DNA from: Octopus vulgaris
Taxonomy: Eukaryota
DNA: 64,000 nt
Reading direction: 5' to 3'
NCBI GenBank assembly: GCA_951406725.2
Contig: OX597814.1
Coordinates: forward strand, 192,820,001-192,884,000
Made by a program: the position numbers and the translations under genes. Positions within the stretch are counted from its first letter, which is position 1. Every line of letters starts with the position of its first letter. The notes below the pieces were generated by a model that had not been told where the DNA came from, ran no database searches, and saw only the letters and a list, made by a program, of their open reading frames with translations. Below, piece by piece: positions 52,589 through 64,000 of the stretch.

Positions 52589-54675
52589 TATAGATACATA
52601 TACAAACATACAAACATACATACATACATACATACAATGCTCGTAGCTTAGTTTTTCCTTGGGGCTGGCCAGATTGGAGCAATCTCAAGATTAATTAGCC
52701 GAAATTGCGAGGATGAACCGGTTCTTGACTGAAGATTAGAGGCTTCGAATGACTCGTCCATGTTTTTTGTATCGTCCATTTGGATGTTTTGCGGTTTTGT
52801 CCCATTTTGTATTTTATATATATATATATATACGACGGGCTTCTTTCAGTTTCCGTCTACCAAATTCACTCACAAGGCTTTGAACGACCCGAAGCTATAG
52901 CAGAAGACACTTGCCCAAGGTGCCACGCAGTGGGACTGAACCTGGAACCATGTGGTTGGGAAGCAAGCTTCTTACCAAACAGCCACACCTGCGCCTATAT
53001 TTATATTTGAAAAAATGAATAGAAATTGCTTTTCTGATAATTTTTTCACTTTAATAATTAGATGTTCATATGAACAACTAATTTTTAATGTGGAAAAATT
53101 GTGAGAAAAGCCATTTCTATTCATTTTATTTTTCAAATATATAATACTGCAACAAGGACTTTCTACTTTTAATTCTGCTATGTATGTATGTATGTATGTA
53201 TGTATGTACGTACGTACGTACGTATGTATGTATGTATATATGTATGTATATATATATATATACACACACACAAACATAAGTTTGTGTGTGCATGTTGTGT
53301 GTGTGTGTATGTGTGTGTGGTGTTTTGTGTATGTGTGTCGTGTGTATTTGCATTTGCCCTTCCCCACTGCTTGACAACCGATATTCGTTTGCGTCCCTAT
53401 AATTTAGCGGTTCGACAAAAGAGTATACAATAAATACCATCCTTAAAAAAAGTATTAGGATTGATTTGTTCATCTAAACCTCTTCAGGTGGAGGCACATG
53501 GCCTAGTGGTCAGAGCAGCGGACTCGCGGTCGAGGGACCGCGGGTTCGAATCTCAGACTGGGCGATGTGTGTGTTTATGAGCAAAAACCCCTAAGCTCCA
53601 CGCGGCTCCGGCAGAAGGTAATAGTGAACTTCTGCTGACTCTTTCGTCACAACTTTCTCTCGCTCTTTCCACCTGCATCTTGCAGCTCACCTGCGACGGA
53701 CCGGCGTCCCGTCCAGGTGGGGAAACTATACGCCAAGGAAACAGGGAAACTGGCCCTAATGAGCCAGGCGTGGCTCGGAAGGAATAAACAAACCTCTTTA
53801 AGGCGGTGCCCCAGCGTGACCGCAATCCAGTGAGCGAAGCAAATGAAAGAAGTGAAAGTTAAAAGATTACTTATTTTCCTTCTTTATTTAAATTTCGGAT
53901 TTAAGATGTCGGCAGAAAGGAAAAGTGTGGGAATCCTAAAGAAATGGCAGTAAAGCAAAATGGAATGTTGAGGGGCTGTGGAGCGGTTGCGATCCTCTTT
54001 TCTCTTCTATTATTTTTTTTCTGGCTTCAGTGATTTAACTGCGGCCAGATGGGGTGCTGTTTGCAAAGGTTTTAGTCGATCATAATTATTTCATAGTTCT
54101 AGTCCAGTCCTGCTCAAATTGCAGCCCACGGGACTTTCTTCAGCGCACGCCAAACGAAAAGTTACCTTCAATGTTTTCAGATGATGAGCCATGTCTCGTG
54201 GGGTCTGCTTCTCAAAAAAAGATTGCTCATACCTGCTCAAGTCAGATATAAAATGCAATGGGGACATTGACGTGGGAGGAGATAATTCCGTGGGACAGGA
54301 ATATAACAGAGCATTCCTGTTCGAATGTATAAATTCACACACAAACTTCCCGCAAACTAATTTCCATTCACAAAGAATTGTGTTATCCAAAGCTGTGGCA
54401 TGAAATATTGAAGGGGTCCGAACCCAGAACCATGTGGTTGCAAAGCGAACACAGTCATGCTTGCCGTTTACTTCAGAAGAATAACCTGTAACATAAACAT
54501 CGTGTTTAGCTTGAAGTGTAAAGTGAAAATGGATTATTGTAATGTAGTTAAATTCTAATGGTTATATTCCATGATTTGTATTCAGCGAAGAGATGAAGAG
54601 TGTCCAAGTTGGACAAATTCGGCGACAATGTGCACATTATTCATCGAAATTTGACAAAAGATGTTCCAGAGAGAC

Positions 54676-54760
<85 letters not shown>

Positions 54761-55065
54761 CGAATCTGCACTAGTACTCAGCTAGCACTGTATAATAAAT
54801 TAAGCACTCAGAAAATTTTTTCTTTCTTCCTTTCTTTACTTCTTTCTTTTTTCTTCTTTTTCTTTCTTTCCATCAAACAAAGCAGGAGAGTTTGTTTGTA
54901 AAATCTTTATTGACATCACCTTACGGACATTTCATTAACATAAAATATTATTCAGTTATATAATATAAATAATATATATGCCAAAAGTTACGCGGCATAT
55001 GGTACGAGTACTCTTCACGGGTAACCTTCAGATACACGGGAATGTTCGTGTAGTTCTGTATAGTG

Positions 55066-55119
<54 letters not shown>

Positions 55120-55559
55120 CATACATATAAAAGGGATGATCTGTAAGTGGACATCCATTATGCTAGAAGAAGATCTACTATGGTCATACCACTAAGAAAG
55201 GAATGCTCTCAAGAAAATTTAGCAAATTTCCCTACCTCAAATTTTAATCCCCTGTCTCTTTAAATGTAGGTTATATGTATTTCTTATTTTTCTTTCTATA
55301 AATTCTTATTATTTTGTTTTCTTGTTTTGATATCCTTGCCTGTTAACCTCTTATCCCTTATAAGTTGTCACTGTTCTTAAATTTATACAAAATGTTCGGA
55401 AATTTATACAAAATGAATTATCCACTCATTGTAATTTGTTTCTGTTTCTTTTACTTGCTTCTGTCATTTAACTGTGGCCATGCTGGGGCACCTTCATGAA
55501 GGGTTTAGTCAAACAAATCGTCACCATTACTTAGATCTTTACAAATCTGGTTGTAATTG

Positions 55560-55900
55560 TATCGGTTTTAGCTGAACCGCTAAGTTATGGGGGACGATAT
55601 TACCTATATTAATTTTTGCACGCTTCCTTGTCATTGCATCGCTCTCTTTTACTGAACCGCTAAGTCACAGGGACGAAATTACCTATATTAATTTTTACAA
55701 GCCTCCATGTTATTGCATCGGTCTCTTTTGCCGAACCGCTAAGGCACGGGGACGAAATTACCTATATTAATTTTTACAAGCCTCCATGTTATTGCATCGG
55801 TCTCTTTTGTCGAACCGCTAAGTTATGGGGACGAAATTACCTATATAAATTTTACAAGCCTCCTTGTATCGGTCTCTTTTGCTGAACCGCTAAGTTATGT
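55560..55900. repeat. ~79-bp minisatellite (4-5 units) derived from the SINE B tail
   Basis: GAACCGCTAAG recurs at 55574, 55654, 55733, 55812 and 55884. Confidence 0.9.
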
Positions 55901-58430
55901 TAATTAAATAAGGTGACACAGCTCAGTATCATCTGAACGATGATTCACATGATCAGAGGTGCTCCAGCCTTGAACATCCCGTCTTTTTAAAGATATATAG
56001 GTCTGCATTATCAAATAATACGTTCCAAGAGAAGGAAGTACGAAATCAGGCAGTTGTGAGGGACATAGGCCATTATAATAGTGTTAATGACATATTCTAG
56101 TCAAAATATGGAATTACAAATAAAGCTATCTTCCGTCCCGACTTATTTCCTGGAGACACATTTTGTGTTAATTTGAATGAGTGTCATGTCAGATCGAATT
56201 CATAAGGAGTCGAAGGCCCAGCTCTTCATACTCTGTTATTAGTGTTGATGTCGTGGCATCGTAGTAATGACCAGTTTCCATACCAGGGAAAAAAAATTAT
56301 ATTTCCACCTGGTTTTGTTTTTAAATTGCTGATGCTATGTGTCGGTTGTATCCCTTAACAGAAATGTTACCGTTTTATGCTGACAGAGTAGGATTCGAAC
56401 TCAGAATGCAGAGACCCGAGACAAATACTGCAAGGTATTCTGTCCAAGGTATTATGGCGGCAAGCTGGCAGAAACGTTAGCGCGCCAGGCGAAATGCTTA
56501 GCGGGATTTCGTTGCCGCTACGTTCTGAGTTCAAATTCCGCTGAGGTCGACTTTACCTTTCATCCTTCCGGGGTCGATTAAATAAGTACCAGTTACGCAC
56601 TGGGGTCGATGTAATCGACTTAATCTGTTTGTCTGTCCTTGTTTGTTCCCTCTGTGTTTAGCTCCTTGTGGGTAGTAAAGAAATAGGTATTCTGTCCAGC
56701 TCTTTAACAAGCCCGCCAATCTACAGCCCTGGTCTTGTGTCTTTTGTATCGACCTCGAAAGGATGAAAGGCAAAGCTGGCTTTGGAAGGATTTAAACTCA
56801 GAGCGCAGGAAGTTGAAATAAATGGCGCGTGATATTCTGTCCAAGACTGACGGATTCTACCAGTTCGCCGCCTATAGTGTTGTCATCCCGTAGTAAGTAA
56901 ATAATTGTTACATGTGACAATTCTTTCTATTATAGGTACAAAGCCTGAAATTTGTGGCCAGGAGGCCAGTCGATTATATCGACCCGAGTGCTCGACTGGT
57001 ACTTATTTTATCGACCCCGAAAGGATAAAAGGTAAAGTCAATTCTCGGTGGAATTTGAACTCAGAACGCTAAGACAGACGAAATGCTGCTAAGCATTTTG
57101 CCCAGAGTGCTAATGATTCTGCCAGCTCGCCACCTTTTTCACGTGTAATAATCAAGTGATTTTCCCATATCTAATAATGGAGTGATTGCTAATTATTTTG
57201 AGCTAAAAATTTTCCATGGAATAGACTGATTTTATGGTTTAATCAGAGGTGGATGAGCAACGCCTCCGAAACTGTGTGGAGGGAAGAAGGAATGATGAAG
57301 ATGTCCTCAAACAAGAGACCTGATCGAATATTTGTAACAGATTGGACTCCGCCAATGATACCCACGGGAAACATTATGTTTACACGTCCACTCCCAAATA
57401 GAAACTCTCAATTAGGTTTACACATAGTTACTGCTGATGAAATTTCACTTACAAAGCTTTGATCGACTCGAAGCTTTATCAGAACACTTGTCTCCGATAC
57501 CAAACAACGGAATTGAACGCGAAAGCATGCTGTTGTTGAGTAAACTTAACGACGCACCCCTCTTCAGGAGGCTAAGGTGTCTGACAAAGCGCATATCATG
57601 AAAACTAAGATAACTCCCACGTTTTGTTAATAGCGATAGATAAAGCGGAAGTAATTAAAATTACGATAATTAGATTTCTAAACGATATCCTTTATGAGTA
57701 ATGTTTGTAAAATTAAAGAAATACTAAAACAGAAAGTATGTTATACATTGTTTTCAAAGGAGTGTAAGTATAGGCATAGGAGAGGCTGTGTGGTAAGAAG
57801 TTTTTGCTTCCTAACCAAATGGTTCCGAGTTCAGTCCCACTGCGTGGCATCTTGGGCAAGTGTCCTCTACTATAGCCTCGGGCCGACTAAAGACTTATGA
57901 GTGAATTTGGTAGAGAGAAACAGTGTGGAAGTTTATTGTTTAGGCGCAGGAGTGGCTGTGTGGTAAGAAGCTTGCTACCCAATCACATGGTTTCAGGGTC
58001 AGTCCCACTGCGTGGCACCCTTGGGCAAGTGTCTTCTACTATAGCCCCGGGCCGACCAAAGCCTTGTGAGTGGATTTGGTAGACGGAAACTGAAAGAAGC
58101 CCGTCGTATATAGATATACTATGTATTTGTGTGCCTGTGTTTGTCCCCCCAACATCATTTGACAACCGATGCTGGTGTGTTTACGTCCCCATATCTTAGT
58201 GGTTCTGCAAAAGAGACCGATAGAATAAGTACTAGGCTTACAAGGAATAAGTCCTGGGGACGATTTGTTCGACTAAAGGCGGTGCCCCTGCATGGCCGCA
58301 GTCAAATGACTGAAACAAGTAAAAGATTAAAAGAATATGTTGACAAAAGGCTTGCAATTCCCGTATATGAAGATAAAAATGTGGTTTTTACTTTTGTCGT
58401 TATTCACGACCTCTTCAATGACATGCACTA

Positions 58431-58811
58431 GTGGAGGCGCAATGGCCCAGTGGTAGAGCAGCGGACTCGCGGTCGGAGGATCGCGGTTTCGATTCCAAGA
58501 CCGTGCGTTGTGTGTGTGTTTATTGAGCGAAAACACCTAAATTTCCACGAGGCTCCGGCAGGGGGTGGTGGCGACCCCTGTTGTACTCTTTCGCTCCAAC
58601 TTTCTCTCACTCTTTCTTCCTGTTTCTTGTCCCCGATTTCTTACGCAACCGCTGAGCCTGGATGCGCATTCATCCATCCGTCGATGCTCTCGGTGTCGGG
58701 GATTGACCTGCTTTCTCATCTGCGGGTCTTACGAATAGCAAAGGACCACGTTTCGGACTTCTCCCACTCTGGGACGAAGACCGCTTCGCTCAACAAACAA
58801 ACAAACAAACA
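58431..58811 (+). mobile_element. SINE C with a third, structured tail and (CAAA)n
   Basis: Head C; AATGACATGCACT repeated on both sides (TSD). Confidence 0.85.
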
Positions 58812-59537
58812 AATGACATGCACTCTCTGTTCAAGGTCTGCCCTGAGTCTTATGTCTGTGTATATTACATGCCTTTATGTGTGCATGGAGATGTTTGTTT
58901 GCTTAAAGAGAAAAGCCGCGACAATTAGCCAAGAAATAATTAATTCAGTTTTTTTTAAAAAGAATGCTCTCAATTTCAAGGGTGTGTAATTGTACATAAT
59001 TGTGTACGTTATTGTCTGCATTTAGTATACATTTATTATTTTTTTAAAGTATTCTTTTATTTTTGTTTAGTATCCATTTATTATTTTTTAAAAAGTTTCA
59101 TTGTAATTAGAACTACTCAACTTTCAGATGACAAGCTGACACAGTCATATATCAAGGACCATTTCAAGGACCAGCCGACAACACAGGATTGTGTACACAT
59201 CTGTAATCTGTATGTGTTTATGTATTTATGTACATATGCAGATACTCACGCACATTAATGTATTTATGTACATATGCAGATACTCACGCACTATATGGTC
59301 TACATAGACACACACATACACATACACATACACACACACATATATACACACTCATACACACACACATATATACACACTCACATATATCTGTCTATCTTTC
59401 TATCTATCTGTCTATTTACCTCTCTTTCCCTTTCTCTCTCTCTCTCTTTGTAGATATACATACATATATATAAATATACATGTAGATACATATACATATA
59501 TATTCATATAAACACACACACACATATATATATATTT

Positions 59538-59596
<59 letters not shown>

Positions 59597-59606
59597 CATA
59601 CACACA

Positions 59607-59640
<34 letters not shown>

Positions 59641-60406
59641 GAAAGACGGGGTTACAAGGCAAGTGAAGTCTGCAGTTGACACTTAAGTGTCTGACCAACG
59701 TAACGTAAGCCCTATTAATGTAATGGCTTGAAAAAAATTTTTAATTACATCACTTATACAGCAATTATTCTCTAAATTTCACTATTAACTCAGTAACAAC
59801 CTCAATAATATCTGAAGACTTCTCTCATTGCTTTATTCTATCAAACTAGTGTTCCAGTTAAAACACACCGCTAGATATTTCCTCTATGACTAAATATTGG
59901 ACAATTTCACTAAAGCTAGTGAATGCAGCCGACATAACAAGCGAATGAAACCCAATGCTTCTCTTCAGCATTTACGACCTTTAATCATGGCAAACCATTT
60001 TGGAAATCAATATTCCTTTATGTTTCTTCACTCCTACATATTTTTGTAAATATTTAGTTAAAAGAAAATTTTCCAAAAATTTAATATATTAACTTTTGAT
60101 AGCTTAAATGTGGAAACAGTCATCGTTTTTATTTGCAGTAAACGTTGTGTTGTCGCCCTGGTGTCTATAGTTTATTGTTTAATATATCTATGTACGGTAA
60201 GTGTTGTGTTGTAGATCTGATACTTATAGCTTATTGTCTAGAATTTATGTGAATGTGTTTTAATGTGGTGCCTATAGCTTAAGCATGCATTCCAACCACA
60301 TGGTTCCGGGTTCAGTCCCTCTGCGTGGAACGTTGGGGATGTGCCTTCTAATATAACCTCAAGTTGACCAAAGTGGATTTGGCAGTTTGAAACCAAAAGA
60401 GGTTTG

Positions 60407-60477
<71 letters not shown>

Positions 60478-60599
60478 TATATATACACACACACATATAT
60501 ATATATACACACACACACATATTATATATATACACACACACACACACTATATATATATATATACACACACACTATATATATATATATATATATATATAA

Positions 60600-61385
60600 G
60601 GTTAATCCAAACAGGAAAACAGAAAAAACAACAACACGTGGAACAATTAAAGTATTATTATTGGCGCTCAGGAAAGAGGGAAGAAGGAGGGTATGACGTT
60701 TCGAGCGGAGCTCTTCGTCGGAAACATAAGAGAAGGAAGAAAGAAAGATCCCGAGGTGGGCGAACAGAGGGGAAAAAAACGCGACTGGTTTTTACGAAGT
60801 AAACATGCTGAAAGGCCGGAAGTTTTGGATAACAGATGCTGGTTTTTAAAAACAAAAGAGCGAAAAAAGGAAGGTTGGTAACACTCGATGAATGGGAAGA
60901 ATAATGTGTATGTATGTGTACGTGTGCGTGTGTGTATGTGTGTGTAAGGCGAGATAAAAAAATATATGTATATGTTAGTGCGTGCGTCTGTATGTAAGTG
61001 TGTGTACGTAGGGCGGAAGGTAGTTGACATAGCAGTAGCAAGTCAGTGGTCAGTGGTGAAAAGAGGAGGGAGGGAATGGGTGGGGGCGTATGTACGTGCC
61101 GTGTGCGTGTTGAGAGTAGTGTGTGTGTGTGTCCAGTGTGCGTAGTTGTATGTATGGCAAGTAAATTTGAAGTGTGTGTAAGTGTAATGTATATATATAT
61201 GCAAATGTGTGTGTGTGAGTGGGTGTATGTATGTGTGTGCGTGTGTGTACAAAAGGTGGGGGTATTAAGGAAACAAACTGCGACTGAGGGAAAGATGGAA
61301 AAGTGCTCCCGCGGAGACAGGCGTAAGAGAGCCCAAGAAACACGCCAGTCCCAGATACGAACAAGAGATCTAGTCGGAACCCACG

Positions 61386-61388
<3 letters not shown>
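60600..61388 (-). mobile_element. Longer degenerate PLE 3' end (possible decayed endonuclease C-terminus + UTR) with HHR at 60691-60725
   Basis: GTTT CCGACGA A GAGC-TCC-GCTC GAAA CG TC ATAC; 3' end GGATTAAC-(TA)n as in the 11772 family; ...REHFSIF...LNTP near 61260-61330 loosely resembles a PLE C-terminus. Confidence 0.6.
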
Positions 61389-61443
<55 letters not shown>

Positions 61444-61959
61444 GAGAGAGAGAGATTCTGCCAGCTCACCGCCTTTAATTGACTAATACCAACAGAAGTG
61501 AAATGGAGTGAGTGCGTGTGTTTATTGTTGGCGTAATGACCCTCCGGAGATACAACAAAACTTTGTAATTCTCCCTGTGTTAAAAATGTTTACAGTGTTA
61601 ACTTAACACAAAAATATATTCTTCTAATGTCTATTGAAGAAACGATTCATCTTTTGTATCAGGAGAGCCTCTACTTGTACTCTGTAATTGCTAGAAATAA
61701 CCGACAAATCTCCCTCAAACCTTCTTTAAAAATATCCCTCAAACCGTTTTAAAATGGGGACATTGGACAATGTAGCCTCGGATGTGTAAATAAATAACAG
61801 ACAGAAATAATAGACAAATCTCCCTCTAACCATCTTAAAAAGAGAAAACATTGGACAACGTAGTCATGGATGTACAAATAAACTGAATGGTCAAATCTGG
61901 AATGTCTTTCACCACATGCTTACCCAATCAAGCTTGACTTGAACTGCTCCCGCTACTAC

Positions 61960-62011
<52 letters not shown>

Positions 62012-62322
62012 AATGTGACAAATTAATTCATAGAAGGTTCGTTAGCTTTTTCCCCTTTTTTGCAATTAACGTTGACACATGTCCTTCTTAATAGGTGACG
62101 CATAGAATATTTGTCCTCCAGAAACACAAGCACTCATACATACATACATACATGTCTGAATGTGTGTGTATGTGAATGTGTGTACCTGCATTTGTGTATG
62201 TATGAGTGTAATAGTTTTGGATAAGAAATATTCTATAGGCTTCAGTTATTAAAGAATGGTCAGCAGGGTGCCTGTCAAAATTAACTGCAGAGAAGCAAAC
62301 TCGATTCCACCACCACTCACAA

Positions 62323-62413
<91 letters not shown>

Positions 62414-62512
62414 TATATATATACACACACATATATATATATATATACACACATATATATATATACATATACACACATATATATATACATATACACATAT
62501 ATATATACATAT

Positions 62513-62569
<57 letters not shown>

Positions 62570-62749
62570 TATATACATATATATATACATATATATATAA
62601 AACATACGTAAATATGCGTACATACACGCATTATAATAGAATACGATTGGTTTCTCGAACAAGTAGAGTGTGCTTATGAACCGTATATCTATTAATGAAT
62701 AATACTTAAAGGTTCCTACTGCCTACAACTATTCATCACACACACACGC

Positions 62750-62795
<46 letters not shown>

Positions 62796-62832
62796 ATGTA
62801 CATGCGTTTATGTAGTCATATTAAGATGAATG

Positions 62833-62864
<32 letters not shown>

Positions 62865-63726
62865 CATACATGTATGTATCTATGTATGCATACATGTATC
62901 CATGCAATTATGTATGTATGTATGTATGTGTGTATGTATGTATGTGTAAAGATTGTACGCATACATAAGCACAGATATACAAATACGCGATATCAGAGTA
63001 AAACAGTTTATGTGTAAAGAGCTATTGTCTAAGAAAAGAAACACAACAGAGAAAAAGAGTGACAAAAAAAAAAAGGAACGACAGAGAGAAAGCAAGGGAG
63101 AGAGGGGGAAGAAAAAGAGAAAGAGAAAGAGATAGACAGAGACAGAGAACGAGAGAGTGAGAGAGGAAGAGAGAGAGAAAACTGACAGAAAATGAAACGA
63201 AGCGAGTGAAAGGACGAGATTTATTGCAAAATTTCTGACAAACTATTTTACGGTTTAATTTGTAAACCTATTCGTCGGAAAGAATAAACTAAATAGTATA
63301 AATTCAAGTCAGAAAATGTTTGTCATGAATTATTGCGAACAGCTGTTGGCTGTTAATAGTTATTTCTATAATGTCTAAAGGCTAAACAATTTCGAAACGT
63401 CACAGATAATTTCAATGTCGGCAGAAATGTTGGCAGACGACTGGTAGTAATTGTGTCTTATAGTCATCATTTCATTAAAGTGAAATTCATGATTGATGCT
63501 CGTTGATTTGGCTGATGTGGCGTGGATAATGAATATATACATATCTCTAGAAATTTCCACAAATAATTATGATGTAAGTACGCTTGCTAAGTTAATCTCC
63601 ATTTCTCATATCATTCGTACAAACGTCACAGACAGCAGCAGTAACAGACTAGCGACGGTGGTGCCTCTAAGTGGTCATTAGGCAAAGTAAAACTGAAGAG
63701 GAAATTTCCCTCAAATCCCACTCTAA

Positions 63727-64000
63727 TCTTTATATATAAAAGTAAGGTTGTGTGTCTGTCTCCTACGATTTAGATTCCTAACTACTCCCACATTTTGCGG
63801 TGCAGTTTAACCAAAACCGGGTATCTTATAGTCGTGATTCATATCGAGCCCTTCTGGGTATTAGCGCGCGTCTACGATGAGTCTACGATTTTAAAAATAA
63901 TTTACCATCATTTTTTCCATTTTAATGCATATTTTTTAAATATAAGGGAAGTAACTCTCTAAAAATGTCTACGATGAGTCAACGATTTAAAAAAAAAATT
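63727..64000 (+). mobile_element. Helitron, same family, running off the window end
   Basis: A|TCTTTATATATAAAAG start and internal identity to 12421. Confidence 0.85.

Noticed and set aside
52722-52760. CTGAAGA...GGCTTCGAATG as a hammerhead (related fragment at 43090-43190)
   Set aside because: No GAAA and no convincing stems I-III; possibly a pLTR relic, but the fold is unsupported.

Overview
AT-rich, microsatellite-saturated eukaryotic DNA; the SINE repertoire resembles that of Octopus/coleoid cephalopods (inference). No host gene is confidently identifiable and nearly all ORF-track entries are microsatellite or SINE artefacts. The one long real ORF (23027-25462, minus) is an intact Penelope-like retroelement (RT + C-terminal GIY-YIG, Neptune-like) inserted in (TA)n. 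Its 3' region carries a CCAAT/TATA-like promoter and a minimal hammerhead ribozyme (HHR). At least six further HHR-like motifs with non-canonical cores sit in short (TA)n-embedded fragments of four other families. Two long palindromes look like head-to-head fusions of such fragments, one centred where the HHR stem III would lie. A ~420-455 bp TIR element (GGATCTTTTCGG...) with internal TTAGGG repeats is flanked by exact or near-exact direct repeats of 8, 30 and 175 bp in different copies. The rest is SINEs (several head/tail combinations), non-autonomous Helitrons, mariner/Tc1 relics, a hAT MITE and RTE, CR1 and R4/Dong LINE fragments. All calls were made by eye; SINE boundaries are approximate.
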